NCBI RefSeq assembly: GCF_009914755.1
Contig: NC_060928.1
Source of the DNA: the human T2T-CHM13v2.0 reference genome, Homo sapiens
Length of the DNA stretch: 64,000 nucleotides
Reading direction: 5' to 3' (one strand)
Shown in pieces: positions 42,700 to 57,578 of this stretch; position 1 is the first letter of the stretch; each line of letters begins with the position of its first letter. Position numbers and translations under genes: made by a program. A model generated the notes under the pieces. The model saw only the letters and a program-made list of their open reading frames with translations. It was not told the origin of the DNA and ran no database searches.

Positions 42700-43205
42700 C
42701 AGAGCACGGTCTCCTATCCCATCTGCTTTTCTACCATGTAACCTGGCCCTTCCCACATGCAAAGGTTGAGTCCAACTGCCCTTCAACCTGGGCCGGCCTG
42801 TGACTTGCTTGAACTAAATGAAGGTGACACAATTGACACTGAGATGTCCCAGGGGTCAGGAAGGGCCAAGCAGCTTCCACCTGGGTATCTGGGGATACTT
42901 GATTCGGGAAAGCCAGCTGCCATCAAAGGAGTCCAACTGCCCTGAGACTGCACGCTGGGGAGGGGAGCCCCGCCTTCCAACTCTCCCCACCCCGCAGAAA
43001 ATGTGTGAGTGAGACCATCTCAGTCCCTCCAGATCAGTCCACCCACCAGCTTGGAAGACTCATGGGTGGCCATTTAGAGCAGAAGGTTTGCCCAGCCAAG
43101 CTCTGCCCAAATTCCTGACTCACAGAATCCAGGAGACAGAATAAAATGGTTCTCATCACATCACTGAGCTCCAGAGTCATTTGTTAGGTGGTAATGGTAC
43201 CTGTG
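42700..43205 (+). mobile_element. MLT1G/H-type MaLR LTR
   Basis: CTGTGACTTGCTTGA..CTGCCCAAATTCCTGACTCACAGAATC..AATAAAATGG..TTTGTTA. Confidence 0.65.
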
Positions 43206-45400
43206 GCACTCACTGTGTGGCCTTCGTCCTGGGACTCAACCTCTCTGAGGCTCAGCGTCCTGATGTGCAAACGCGATGTCATTCTCACCACCTCCCAGAG
43301 TGGACATAAAGCCCTAATGTGATCACCAACATGTCATTACACAGGAGCAGTCAAGAAATGGTAGCTTCCCTCCTCATCACCATCATCGCTATTATTTTGC
43401 CATGAAGACAAAATAGTTATGCCTGCGGAGATAGGTGGTGCACCACACGGCTCCTCCCTGGCACAGCCCAAGCCCCATCTCCTGTCAGACACCTATCAAG
43501 AGATAATGAACACAGCATAAGTCACCTACCTAGTGCTGGAGCTGAAATCAATCCTTTGTTGTAAGCAAGAGACATAGAGACTGATGGGCTTGCTGTAATC
43601 TACAGATGACTCCAGAGCTGCGTTGCATTCGTGGACTTACTCTTCCAAAAATCACCCAAACAAAAATGTTTTGCCCAATTTGATTTTTACTCTACTAGAC
43701 AACATCATATTCAAATCTTTATGCAAGCCCTTAAAAACACCTATAGCCTTACATCAAGAAATTGCATCCCTACCTGGACAGACACAAGAATAATCTGGAA
43801 TACAGGACAATGGGCATTCATAAGAATGCTCATCCCATAAAGTTGGGGCAGTCGTTGTTCAGCAGTGGGAGCAGCTCTCTCCATCCTCCACCTGCCACCA
43901 TCTGCACCCCCAGCCTTCTAGTCACACTCCTGTGGTCTTGCATTGACCAAACACCATTCAAGGAGACCCAGCCTTCCTCCAGCACACTGGGCAGCTCCCA
44001 GCCTGCCTGAAAACCCTCTCCACCCCACAACGTTCACCTCCACTTCCCTTCCACTGCCCACCCTGGGCAACTGACTGGGGGCTTTCTCACCTCTGCTGGA
44101 AGTGCTCACACTCCCTCTGAGCCCCCTACTCTCCTTTCCAAACTCCCAGAGACTTTTGATGACTCTCAGTTCCCTCTCCCTCCCCTGCCTGGACAGATCA
44201 CCACCACACCTGCCAGGATCTGCAAGACTGTAAGTGAACGCTCCACCAACCCTGAACACACCACGCCGTGCTGTGCCCATAATGTCCCTCCTGCCATGAA
44301 TGTCGCCCCCTCCCCCTGCTGCCTACTGCTGTGGACCACCAACCACTGCTGCCCACAGCCTTTCATCTCTGACCACCTGCTCCCAGGCTGCAACCGGGCC
44401 CACTGCATCCCTGCCCCTCACACCGGATCACAGCCATCTGTTATGTCTCCCTCATTCCAGAAATCCTGGGGTGGGGGAGCTGCGCCCTATTCCTTCTTCC
44501 TGAATCCCCCTACCCCACCCACACACCTGTTATAGACAATCAACACTAATCGGATCAATGAATCCATAAATAGTTATTGAATGAATAATAATACCTACAT
44601 CGTGAAGTATTATGCAGCCAATAAAAATTGTTAACTCAGAGTGCAGGATGATCTGGGAAAATGTTGACAGTGCATTTAATATTTTAAAAGACACAAAACA
44701 TAGTACAATCTGCAGGGGGTAGTTAGAAGGAAATGCAACAAAATGTGAGCAGTGTTTCTGGAGTAGTGAAATGAAGGATGTTATCCCCCCCCCCTTTATT
44801 CTACTGTCTACACGTTCAAACGTTTCTGTAATGAAATAAAATAGAGAAATAAAATTAAGATCTTCTCAAAAAGAGCACCTTAACATACACACAACTTAGC
44901 TCGCAGAGTCTGACGATATGGGACACATTATCATGATGGATTATATTTTCACAGCTTCAATAAAGAGCCTTACCTCTCCTTGGGGCCATAAAATATTCAG
45001 GGCTGTTTTTATCACCTTTCACATTGAAAGTCGGCGTAGGAACCACATCATTCAGCCCCTCGCTCCTTCGGTCAGTTCATTCCATGATGGATTGCTCCCG
45101 AAGCAGACAGGCTGGCTGGAGGGCTGCACACTGAACGCAGTGGAGGGGGAGCTCTGGGTGCCCCTCACGGTGAACCACGGGCTGCCTTCCCACTTCCACA
45201 GTGAGGAATTCCCATGATTTAATATTCTTGAGCTGCCGCCTTTAATAAGGGGATATTGAATGCAATCCCCCAGCCAGGGTTTGAAACATCACTGTGGCCT
45301 GGCCACGTGGAGGGCCCATGCGGTGACCACTCTGACCACTTGGAATGAGTGCAGGCAGTCCTTGCTGTACGGGTGGTGTGGATCCATAAAAATGAGCATG

Positions 45401-45700
45401 AGCCAGGTGCGGTGGCTTGCGCCTATAATTCCAGCACTTTGGGAGGCTAAGGCGGGCAGATCACCTGAGGTCAGGAGTTCAAGATCAGCTTGACCAACAT
45501 GGTTGAAATTCCGTCTCTACTAAAAATACAAAAATTAGCCAGATGCCGTGGCAGGCACCTGTAATCCCAGCTACTCAGGAGGCTGAGGCAGGAGAATTGC
45601 TTGAACCAGGAGACAGAAGTTGCAGTGAGCTGACATGACACCACTGTACCCCGACCTGGGCGACAGAGCGAGACTCCATCTCAAAAAAAAAAAAAAAAAA
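45401..45700 (+). mobile_element. AluS
   Basis: Full dimer with long A tail. TSD approximately AAAAT(A)GAGCATGA. Confidence 0.95.
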
Positions 45701-45834
45701 AATAGAGCATGAAAGCTAAAACCATTTAAAGCCATCCTAATAATCAATGAGGAAATTACAATTCTTCTGTGGCCTTTAAAATTTTTTGTCAAGACATTAA
45801 AAAGTCTTTTATGGACAGTTACAAATGTCCATAG

Positions 45835-46161
<327 letters not shown>

Positions 46162-46720
46162 TAAAATAGTACAACTAATATTTATTTGGTACAATGTAAT
46201 TTAAAGCATCAGAAACATTGAGATGTCAAGTGCTTTATTTCTTTGTAAAAGACATATGGAGAGAGTTTGCACAGTGCTCGCTACTGTTATTGTATACCTT
46301 ACGATACCAAAAAAGCACCCTTTCTATGCTTTGCAGAATTATCTTTCTCCAGACCAGCTTCCAAGATTTTATCCTTTGCACTTTCAACACTGTGAAATAT
46401 CTTCAAGAGTTCCTTTAACGTTTTTCCCAGCCTCGCTTCCTCTGGGACATCTCCATGCTTTGGGGCACAACTCCTTTCCTGGTTTACATCAGTGTGTTCA
46501 CCTTCACTCAACTCCTCTGGCTGCATATAAGAGCTTCTTGAAGGGTAGCTTCAGCTTCCCAAGATCATGGATTTCTTCTATGACTCCATTTACCTCCAAT
46601 TTAAATTTCACTTCCAGCATTAACATCTTTCACATCTCTGCTGAGCATCATCTTTGCTGGCCAATTCCTTCTTTCAGTGATCTGTTTGTGTAAAACATCA
46701 TGCAGGCTCATCACTGGGAG

Positions 46721-47083
46721 TGGCTTAGTCTGTTCAGGCTGCTATAACAAAATATCATAGACCGGGTGGCTTATAAACAACAAGCATTTATTCCTCACAA
46801 TTCTGGAGGCTGGAAGTCCAAGATCAAGGCACAGCAGATTTGGTGTCCACTGAGGTCCAACTTCCTGACTCTCAAACAGTGCCTTCTCGCTGCGTCCTCA
46901 CATGACAGAAGGGCAAGGGAGCTCTCTAAGGTCTTTTATAAGGGCACTAATCCCACCCATGAGGGCTCCACCCTCACAACCTCATCACTCCCAAAGTCCC
47001 CACCTTTTAAATACCCTCACATTGGGGGTCTGGATTTCAACCTGTGAATTTGGAGGGGGTACTTAAACATTCAGATCATAGCA
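46721..47083 (-). mobile_element. MLT1A0 solo LTR, TG...CA, TSD GGGAG/GGAAG
   Basis: CTTAGTCTGTTCAGGCTGCTATAACAAAAT...ATTCAGATCATAGCA. Confidence 0.88.
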
Positions 47084-47514
47084 GGAAGGCAAGGAGGCAG
47101 CACAACTACATGCTTTGCTGTCTGTGCATGAACTAACAGGTGTGTACAAGCAATCAGCAATGGCCTTTGGAAGATAGCAGGTGCTGAGCTGGCAGGGTGC
47201 AGCGGAAGCAGGCATGACCCAGCAGGCATGGTGTCTACTGACACGTTGTGGGATGGGACCCTGGGCTATGTTTCAGAAAGGCCTGGATTCCTGTCCTGTC
47301 TCATGATCTGAGCTGGGTCACCTCTCATTGCTGGGGCTGGTTTCCCATGTCTGTCAGTTATAAGCAACAGAGATTGACCCAGGCTAACACAAGCAAAGAA
47401 GGAAGTTACCGGAAGGCTCTGAGGGATCCACAGAATCATGGAGAGAACAGAACATCTAGACAAGTAGCCTGAGAAGGAGGAGGACCAGGAATTCAATGTC
47501 AGGAATCCATGACT

Positions 47515-47890
47515 CTTCCAGTTACCCACTGCTGTGTAACAAAGCACTTCAAAACTTAATGGCTTCAAGCAGAAACCATTTATTTGGTTCATGAATCTGC
47601 AGTTTGGGTAGATCTTGGTGGGAATGGCTCATCTCTGTTCCATATGGATGGCTTGCCTGAGGGCTGGAGGCTCTACCTGTAAGATGGCTCACTCACCTGC
47701 TGGCAAGGTGGTGCTGGATATTAGGCAGGCAGCTCAACCAGGACCTTGGTTCCTCTCTGCATGTGCCTCTCCACAAACTGCTTGGGCTTCCTCACAATAT
47801 GGTGGCTGGCTCCAAGGCAGAAGCACATGACCTATTTTTTACTTAGCCTCCAAAGCTACACGGTGTCACCTCCTCCATATTGTTGGTTCT
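47515..47890 (-). mobile_element. MLT1F/G/H-type MaLR LTR
   Basis: CTGCTGTGTAACAAA..CAAAACTTAATGGCTT..AAGATGGCTCACTCAC..GGGCTTCCTCACAATATGGTGGCTG. Confidence 0.7.
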
Positions 47891-48080
47891 TCTCATGATT
47901 GTGGAATGGGAGATCCATGCTCAGCAGGACAAGAGTCATGACATCTAACCACATAAAATCAATGCTACCAGAAACAACAAACCAAGGGTCAGTGTTTGCA
48001 AGAGAGATGACAATTACAGTAGAGAAACAGGCCAAGAACGGTGCACAAAAAAACTTACAATTGAATATATGCCATGGTCA

Positions 48081-48277
<197 letters not shown>

Positions 48278-48606
48278 AGCAATTTTTACCATAATATTGG
48301 CAAATATTAAATATGTTGGATCTAGTCGCCACTAGCAATGCTCTGGGGAAAGGGAGTTGTTAGTACCAAGTTTGGTCATCAGGAAAAGTTGACATTAGAT
48401 GAAGATACTTCAGAAAGACCAAACTCTCAGAAGCAGCCATTCCACACCCTAGGGAAATAACCAAATATGCACGCAAAAAGGTGCAAAGATGCCCTCACAA
48501 CACTGCTCATGATCCTAAACCAACCATAACTTCTGATACCCACCAGCATGGAACTCTTTAAAATACATAGAAGAAGCATGTGACTGATATTACCAATGAT
48601 GACGGG

Positions 48607-48985
48607 TGCTTTGGGCTGAAATGTGCCCCCTCCCCAAGATTCCTTTGTTGAAGTCCTAACCCCTAGAACCTCAAAATGTGACTGTGTTTGACAAAAAGGA
48701 CCTTTAACAAGGTGACGAAGGTAAAATGCAGTCATATGGATGAGCCCTAACTCAATATGCCTGGTGTCCCTCTAAGGACACAGACACACACAGGAAAGAC
48801 CATGTGAAGACACAGTAGGGAGATGTTCATCTATAAGCCAAGGAGAGGGGCCTCAGAAGGAATCAACCCTGCCAACACCTTGATCTTGGACTCCCAAGCT
48901 CTAGCACTGTGAGGCGGTAAGTCTCTGTTGTTTCAACTGCCCGGTATGTGGCACTGTGTTATAGAAGTCCCAGCAAGCTAAGAAA
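48607..48985 (+). mobile_element. MLT1B solo LTR, TSD ACGGG/ATGGG
   Basis: GTTGAAGTCCTAACCCC..ACCTCAAAATGTGACTG..CACCTTGATCTTGGACT. Confidence 0.85.
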
Positions 48986-49809
48986 ATGGGCTGTGTTATT
49001 TTCTAAGCTAGAAAGCTCCCATATCATTAAGAGAAAATTTTAAAGATTACAAAATAGGATACGCACACAGTAGATGCTCAAAAACCATCTTTCAGTGAAT
49101 AAAAAAATGTAGGAATATATATATACCTAGATAGTATGTATACCCATAGGCAAAAACACATATACCAAAATATTTTCAGTGGTAGGATTTTCTTTTCCTC
49201 CTTTTCTCTTTCTAAATTTTCTGAACTTTTTGCTATGACTACATATGTTTTTTGTAGTAAGACAGCCAATAGAAATCAAAATACTTTCAAACAAAGGGAA
49301 ATGCCCCATCTCCATCTGGTTCCACAATGTCAATAGGATACAATCCAAACTCCTTATCTCGGCATTTGAAGCCTTTCACAAACAGTCCTGCCTCCCACTT
49401 CCCATCCCGCTCCAGCTCCTCTCCCACTCCACCCCACCCCACACACATCCTCTAAATCTCAGTGGCCCACAGACCCCTCTCTACACAGGATGCCCTCTCC
49501 CAAGACACCAGCCTTTACCCCTGCTGCAGCCGAAGCCCGGAATCCCTCTCCTACCTGATCCACCTGGGCACCACCTATTTGGCTTTGCAGACTCAGCTCA
49601 GACATCGCCTCTCCCAGGAAGGCGTCCCTGACCTCCTAGCCACCGCATGACTCTGGACTCTGCATCTCACAGCACCGTGCACGTGTGGACACTGAAGCAG
49701 GGAGAGGGGAGGGTCAGGGGTTGAGTGAGGGTGTCTCCAGCACAGGATTCTTAGTAGGGTTTTTTGGACTGAGAATGTAAAGGTTTGTTTTGTGGGGTCA
49801 TGTGGCAAA

Positions 49810-50200
49810 GATGGCAAGACATCCACCAAGATGCAGGTTCTTCCCACTGCAGAGTAGCCACTGGGCTGCCCAGCCAGGGACTACATTTCCTAGAGCCCCT
49901 TGCATTAGGTGGGGCCATGTGACTAGCTCTGGCCAATGGAATGTGAGGGAAGTCACAAGTGCCATGTCTGGGCCAAAGTGTTTAAGGAGGGAGTGCACCT
50001 TCCCCATACCCTCTTCCCCGGAGAATGGAGAGGACATGGGAGCTGACAGATGAGAAGGGTCTGGAGCCCCGCATCACTCTGTGGAAGAGACTCCTGGGCC
50101 AACTGGGATCATCCACAATGAACTGTTACAAAGGGATAAACTTCTATGACATCAAGCCCCTGGAATGTGGGGATTTCTTTGTAACTGGTATTAATCAGAG
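49810..50200 (+). mobile_element. MLT1H/I/J-type MaLR LTR
   Basis: GACTACATTTCC..CCTTGCATTAGGTGGGGCCATGTGACTAG..GGCCAATGGAATGTGAG. Confidence 0.7.
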
Positions 50201-50721
50201 TAACAAACTGTCTTCAGCATCCAGACTTCCCAAGAGAACATCCCTCTTCCCTCAGAAAGTGCTGGTCCTGCTGTATGTAGTGACCAGCTGAGGGGTGTCT
50301 CCCCTACAGAAAGTGAGCACTGTGTGGGCAGGCGGTGGCTACCCCAGTTCCTGCCACATCCCCATCATGGGGGTAAGACAGGGACCCACAGGCACCAGGC
50401 CCACGGAGCACGTGGCATGCACCATCTCATTCAACACCCACCACATCCCAGAGAGGATGGTGCAGCCACGCTCACCCCCAGCTCAGATGTGGTCACCCAG
50501 GCACGGCCTGGCTGGACAACTTGCCCAAGATCACTCAGCCAGGGAGTGGCGAGGGCACCACTCTGCAGAAAGGGGTCCTGGAGGAGAGAGGGGCAGCCCC
50601 AAGGCCGATGCCCAGGTCCCAGCAACCACCTCTCAGCCTTCCAGACCCACAGGGCAAATGGAATCCAGGCACAAATTAGGGACAGTGGGAGTGACACTGT
50701 AATCTCTAAAATAATAATGAA

Positions 50722-50968
50722 GGCAGATTATCTGAGGTCAGGAGTTCAAGACCAGCCTGACCAACATGGTGAAACCCCGTCTCTACTAAAAATACAAAAA
50801 TTAGTCGGGCGTGGTGGTGGGCACCTGTATGTAGTCCCAGCTGCTCAGGATGCTGAGGCAGGAGAATCACTTGAACCCGGGAGGCGGGGGTTTCAGTGAG
50901 CCAAGATCACGCCATTGTACTCCAGCCTGGGCGACAGAGTGAAACTCCGTCTTAAAAAAAATAAAATA
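50722..50968 (+). mobile_element. AluS, 5'-truncated
   Basis: Begins about GGCAGATTATCTGAGGTCAGGAG. TSD approximately TAAAATAATAA. Confidence 0.92.
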
Positions 50969-52479
50969 AAATAATAACAAATGTCTTCAACAAGTTGGTA
51001 GCCTGAAAAGGGGATGGAGGCTGAGTCTAGGTCAGAAAAGACAAGAGACAGAACAGCCAAACGCAGGTGCAGGACTTTGGATCCTGGGCCAAACCACCCA
51101 ACCATAAGAGACATTTCTCAGACAACTGGGGACGTTCATAAAATGGACCAGAATTTAGGTAACAAAGAATCAGGATATGTTTTGTGAGGTGGGATAACAG
51201 CACTGGGCTACAAGAAATGCCCTCAACACTCAGAGATGCCTGCAGATGGAACGGGGAAACGACAGGAGTCTTGGATTTGCCTAAAAATTCTTCATCCAAA
51301 AGCAGGGGAGAGTAAATGAAGGAAGTACAGCAAGATCTTGATAGATTGGAAGCAGTTCAATAGACTATTTTCTCACAAATGCAAAGAAGTTTCTCCTCTT
51401 GTAACAGTTGGCCAGCAGTCCCTTCCACAGAGTGATGAGGGGCTCCAGGGAGCGGCATCTCTCCCTTCTCTGGGACAGAGGGAGGGGGGAAGGTGCACTC
51501 CCTTCTTAAACACTTTGGCCCAGAAGTGGCACAAATTTGAAAGTTTGCATCAAAACTTTTTTGAAATTGTAAAAAAACATTCAGAAGCTAATCATGATCA
51601 TGAAAGAGCTCCCTTTTATTGAGATTAACCTACAGAGTGTGCACTATTTCATTCAATTCTGCCTGAAAGCCTTGCTGGTTGGGAGCTCGCTCTCTCTCTG
51701 CTTCATAGATGGGGAAATTGCCCAGGGGATGAAGAAGCTGCCAAGGGCACGGCAGCTGTGCCAGACCCAGAGCACAGGCCTGGGAGCCCAAGCCCAGGTC
51801 CAGCCTCCAGCAGCAACAGTCCTGGTCCTGAGGAGGGGTGGGGGTGGGGCTGCAGGAGGCCAGGCCAGCCTGGAGGAGGCCCTTGGCCTGCAGTTGGAGA
51901 TCCCATCCCTGCTTGGGGCAGCCCACACCCCAGCTGGGAACCTCTGAGCAGCCTTTGTTCTGCCTCAATGGGACATTCAGCCCTGGGTTCTGGAGGACAA
52001 TGGCCCCCACTGTGCAAGGAGGGCAGTGCCTGTCCTGGGCAGCACAGGGGCCCCCAGGTGTGTCCTGCTCCCGGGCCGGCTGGCAACTAACTAACTGCCT
52101 CCTGGTCTCAAGCAGAGGAGCTGGACACTGTCAGGGGACAAGTGTTATGCCACTTTGCACACACCGTTCCTCCTGCCCAGAATGCGCTAGAATACCATGT
52201 CCCAGCACATCATCACCCCCCAACCTGGAAATGCCACCTGCCCTTCAGTCCCTGGACCACGTGTCCAATTGTGGCCTCTGCCACTGCCATCTACCTGTGC
52301 CGTGAAGGGGGTCTCTCCTCCTGCTGAACCCTCTCGATTGCCTTTCATCGCAACACAGATAGCAAGAGCACCAAGCCAGGTAGTCTAGTTCAAATCCCAA
52401 AATCTCCTAAGTGTGGTGCATAATCAGAACTGAACAGGCCACCTAACCCTGCCCTGTGGGTCCCAGCCAATTAATGTAG

Positions 52480-52690
52480 CAGTCAGGAGCGTGGGTTTGG
52501 CAGGCTGCATTCAAAACTCAGCTCTGTCCCTTACAAACTATGTGACATTGAACAAGCACCTCAGCCTCAGTTTTCTCCTCTGTAAAATGGGGAAATAATA
52601 TACACAACATCAGGTCTGGGGCATCTCCAATGAGATGCACGCAGCCTCATGTCCAGCATATAGTATTATAGTACATAGCCAATAAATGGT
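52480..52690 (+). mobile_element. MIR SINE
   Basis: CTATGTGACATTGAACAAG..CTCAGTTTTCTCCTCTGTAAAATGGGGAAATAATA. Confidence 0.82.
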
Positions 52691-53355
52691 GAATCATAAT
52701 AATGGCTATTGTGTTTGTTTTGTAATTATTTCATCCTAAAGTCCACTTGGATCATTCTGCTCAAGGGCTTAATGGTGAGATGCCTGTCTTTGCAAGGCCC
52801 TGTGTAACTAACAGGACTCCCCAGGGTGCTGAGGTATGTACAGACTCCTCCAGCAGCTTCAGACTCTCTCCTGAGAAGTAGCTAGGTCCCGCAGTGGCAC
52901 CCAAGACACTGGGAGAGGAGAGTCCACATTTCAAGGCAGACACAGCCTTGCTCTTCAACTTTGTATGTCTAGAATCTAATGTCACCCTGGCACATAACAG
53001 GGATCAGCCAATACCCGCTGAACAAAAGGAAAAAATGTTCAACCTCATTGGTATGCAGACGTGAATTACAACAAATATTTTTCATCTTTGATATTTGCAA
53101 AGGTCAAACAAATTAGACTACCTAATGTTGATCAGCATGTGGTTAAAGAGAAAAACTTTCTGGAGAATAATCTGCCAATGTGTGTCAACAACATTAAAAA
53201 TGCTAGTGATCTTTATATGAAATAGCACGTGTGGAATTCCTTCTGAAGAGCATCATTCCAAGGTTAAGGGGGAACGATGGGAGTAGGGGGTCTTCACACA
53301 CACAAATGGTGTTCATTCCTGCAGTGTTAGTTATGAAAATAAGAAAGTGTGTGGG

Positions 53356-53419
53356 GGAGAGACAGAGAGAGAGAGAAGGAAGGAAGGGAGGAAGGGAGGG
53401 AGGGAGGGAAGGGAGGGAA
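53356..53419. repeat. Purine-rich (GA)n/(GGAA/GGGA)n simple repeat
   Basis: Read directly from the sequence. Confidence 0.9.
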
Positions 53420-53962
53420 CTAAATATCCAGCCATAAGGAAATGATTAATTGAACTACTGAATGATGACACATGTATCACAGGAATAGTATGCAGCCAAT
53501 GAAATGATGGTTGTCAATACGTGTACTGTGTGACTTGGGGGCGGGGCCAAGGTAACCAGTCACCCCTCTTCCTTGCTGGGACTTGGGATTACACAGAAAA
53601 GACTGGCCGCAAGACAGGAATAAAAAAATCTGCTTTATTAATGGTAAACCTGTAGGAAAAAAAAGAGCTATGGACCCCTACTTCACCTCCCCACCCCTTG
53701 GTCCTGCGGGGAGAGGTAGGTCTAACTTCTAGCTTGTAAAATAAGATAACTGTTGGCCTCTCCCCTGTAGAGCAACCTGGAAGTCAGAGGCCCATGGACC
53801 CAATGGGTGAGAGAGGAGCACGGACATTTAATATTGTAACCCCTCCCCATAGGGAAGAGCTGCCCAATGGATGGCAGGCTCTCACCATTTCCACCAATCA
53901 CGAAAGCCAAGGAGGTAGAAGGCAGGGCCAAGGAGTTCACCCTACCCAGAGTTCCAGCAAAG

Positions 53963-54903
53963 CAGGGCCAACCCTATAATTCGTGGGGCACAGGGAAAAA
54001 TGAAAATGCAGAGCCTCTTATTCAAAAAGCAAAGGAAAAGCATCATTAAAGGTGCTAAGATACAAAGCCTTTTCATGCCTTCCATATTTTGTCATGGTGT
54101 TATTTGCTATTTAATGTCAATTCAAATTTAAAAAAAAAAAAGCTTAAACTCTTAGCGTGCATTTTATCACTCACCATTCTAGTGTGCACCTCCAATTTTA
54201 AATGCAAACATAAGAGCACGTAACTGGAATGTAGACTCACCAAAATGCACAAGTTATATTTCGCATATGGATTTTGTTCTTACCAGAGCAGAGGAAACTA
54301 ACTTAACTGTTCTTATTTCATTTCTGGATATGTGTACATTCTTCCAACACCCTCTACCCTTGGTTCAATAATAAACAAGGAAGGACTAGGAGGAAAAGGA
54401 ACTATAGGTGCCCTCTTTTTCCCTTCCCTTCTGTGTAATCATTTTCAGTGTCAGCGATTGGCAAATATGGGCACGTAACACACGTTAAGAAAGGACACCA
54501 TAGGGTTCCTGCGTCATTCATGTTTCTTAGAAGTCACTGCATGAGAACATCAATGCCTTGGAGCATTATTTGAAAGCATGGCCCCTGCCTGTGAAACTAC
54601 AGACGCACTGAGAAGGTGCATGAGCTGTCCACTGTGCATGGGGCTCAGACGCTCAAGTGAACACAGGGTAGCGTGCTGTGGGAGCCAATATGTGTAACCA
54701 CAGACTCGCCTGCCGCACGTACCCCTCTGCTCATTCCCAGGCTCCCCCGTCCCATCAGATTTCGCTTACAAAACACAGGATCCAAAGTGAAATTCTTAAA
54801 AATTTCAAGATAGTAACAGCAGAACATGAACCCAAGCACAGGTCCTTCTGAGTGTGGGGACCTAGATGACCACACAGGTTGCATATCCATGAAGCCAGCC
54901 CTG
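53963..54903 (-). mobile_element. MER45B hAT-Tip100 element, near full length, with TIRs and 8-bp TSD
   Basis: Ends CAGGGCC...GCCCTG. TSD CAGCAAAG (53955-53962) / GAGCAAAG (54904-54911). Internal MER45B motifs (TTTGCTATTTAATGTC, GGAAAAGGAACTAT). Confidence 0.88.
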
Positions 54904-56159
54904 GAGCAAAGCCCTGGAAAATTCCTATAATCTCATGCCAAACTAGAAAAGTAGCCTTCAAAATTGTTGATACAGACAGATTACAGTTTTCATTAAAAAC
55001 AGACATGGGCATTAAAAAAAGACTGGAAGGAAATACCCCAGTTGCTGAGAGTATGTCCCTCTGCTTGGTGGACTCACAGGAGTTCACTCTCCTTCTCTTA
55101 CTCCCCATCACACTCTCCATGGAGCCTAGCGCTTCATACAGCGGCTCTTCCAGTCTCAAGGCCTAAACACTTCTTACCAAACATCCCTTAGCTCTGCAAG
55201 CTTTAAGGATAAACACTAAAAAGTGTAGCAAATGACAACAGTCAGGAGATGGAGTGGAAAAATTTTATTAGAATTTGATTTTCATCTTCCAGAAAGAAAA
55301 TGAGAAAAACCGTGCTCTGTGACTGCGCCAAGCTTTAAGTTCGGGTTGATTAAAAAGAAAGGAGCACATTGCTTACAGCAGGGGCGTGGGAGTTGGCCTA
55401 CACTACAATTTGGGGAAATTGACAGCAGTCGCCTTTTACACGTGTAGAACTTCAGAGTCCACATGCCCTTGGCTCCTTACAGCCTCATGACAACCCAGGG
55501 CACCAGGCAGTGCAGGGAAACTGAGGCTCAGAAAGTGATGTGATTTGATGGAGGGCACCCCAGCACTGAAATGGAGCCCACACTCGCTGTGAAGCCCAAG
55601 GGAAGCTTATGTAAGTGGCGTTTCCAAACAGAAGCGAAAGGAACACAGAATCTGAACAGTCCACATCTTGATTTTCAAAAGTCAAAGGCTGACTCTCCCT
55701 AATCTCCCTCTGTGCCACCACTAATGTCCCCCCTCTTAGCCTCAGTTTCCCCATAGGTTGGGGTGGAAGTTAGGCTAGCCAGTCTGATGACAGTTCTAAG
55801 GGCTAGTCTAACTCTGGCCCCTAAAGAATAGACATCATCACTTACTGATCTATTAAGAATAAACTGAGGCTCAGAGAGACCGTGTGACCTGCCCAATATT
55901 ACAGACCCAGGGTCAGACCCCACCAGGAACCCAGATCTCCCGATGCCAGATCTCAGGCTCTCTTATCTGACCAAAAATACCTCCTCAATAGGACTGAGGA
56001 GGGAAAACCAGAAATTGGCAACCTTGACTTGAGTGAAATGAAAGAGGGTTCTCAAAACAGAAAGCAAACAAAAATCCCTCTGGGTTTTATGTATCTCGAG
56101 TCTTAGCTGTGGGTTACAGATCAGCCTCCTGGTTTTCTTGATAAGCAGTCAGGGCTGTA

Positions 56160-56620
56160 CGAGTTGGGGTGCTATGGGCTGCAAGTAACGGAGACTTGAA
56201 AGTGCACAACGAAAAGGAAAAGTAACAGCTCATGTAACTGGAAGTTCAGAGGCGGCCTGGACATCAGGCCTCTATGTCCTGGATCTCACTCACTCTCTGC
56301 CCTGCCATCAACGGTGGTGGCCTAAGACTTGCTCCCCTCATGGTGTCAGATGGCTGCCAGCCACCACAAGGTTTCCCTGTTCCCATCACAAGAGAGGGAC
56401 CAACTACCTGTGGTTCTCCCTACTTTCCACTCAACCTCCAGAACTGACTCCCACATCCATTCTGGAACCAGTCACTGCAAGGGGAATGAGATCATCCTTG
56501 CACTGATCACATCCAGCTATGGCCTGAGATCTCTTACTAGGAACCATATGTGTTCTCCTTGGAAGAAGAGAGACTAACTGTTGTGGAGATCAGCTGCAAC
56601 GTCCACCATAAGGGTGCAGA
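56160..56620 (-). mobile_element. MLT1K/L-type MaLR LTR, degraded
   Basis: GGCTGCAAGTAACGGAGAC..GCTCATGTAACTGGAAGTTCAGAGG..AGATGGCTGCCAGC..GAACCAGTCACTG. Confidence 0.55.
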
Positions 56621-57552
56621 TTTCACTGAATGCTGAGTCTCCCACAAGCAGCATCCCCTCTTCAGTGTGGTTTCCTGGGCAGAAAGTAGATGGTATCCAG
56701 GGCACAACCAGTTCAAAACCTGCAGACAATTCCATGCAGGAAAACCTGCCTGCCTGCTGCGTTCAGACAGCCTCAGGACCCCATGATGACCTTAGCAATT
56801 CCCAAGCATCCTTCACTTCCTCAACTATAAAATCAGGACAACTCTGTGGGAATAAACAGACTACTCTGAAATCACACAGGACATCCAGGGATGGGAGTTA
56901 GGAAAACATGGGTACATCCTTTATGCAGATGCAAAAAGCATGAGTGTCCAACAGTGTGTGATGGCTGAGATGCTCAAACAAGGGGAAGCTGTGCCTCTGG
57001 CCTCAGCTGAAAAGTGTGCTCCGGAAGTGCCTTACCTGTCAGGCACATGAGAGTGACTGTTGCTCCCCAGAAAGACCCAGTCACTGCCAGGATCTACCTG
57101 GTCAGCCTGAACCACCTCCCCTTGGCTGAGCTCCTGTGTCTTGGTCATCACTGCTGCCCAGGGCAGGATGTGCTTGGCAAATGGTGCTAAGCAAAGGAAG
57201 GATGGATGGGTTTTGTAAGTTCAGTCTAGTCTGGAAGTGCTTATTCAACTCACTCTAAAGCTAAGTACTGAGGCCTGCCGCAAAAAGAGAAAGAACAGAG
57301 CCAGGAAGAGTCCTTCCTGGAACCATATCCAGCTCTTGAGAAATGTCTAACTAGATGGAGACTTCCTAGCACCCTCCAGGGTCCAGGGCCCAGGGTCCAG
57401 TGCCCTATCAGCTGCACTGCTCTCCCCACACCCTGACCCCATTCATGCAAAGTTCTCTGTGCCCCCAGGTGGCCTGCAGGTACACCTAATCATCACCATA
57501 ACCCTCAATGCAGTTGAGCCCAGCCAAGAGTAAGCCACCCAGCCCTGCCACC

Positions 57553-57578
57553 AAAAAAAAAAAAAAAAAAAAAAAAAA
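57553..57578. repeat. A26 homopolymer
   Basis: Read directly from the sequence; no adjacent Alu body. Confidence 0.95.

Noticed and set aside
57021-57060. Possible recursive splice site (minus strand GACAG|GTAAGG) beside CCGGAAGTG
   Set aside because: The upstream polypyrimidine tract is weak and interrupted, so chance occurrence is likely.
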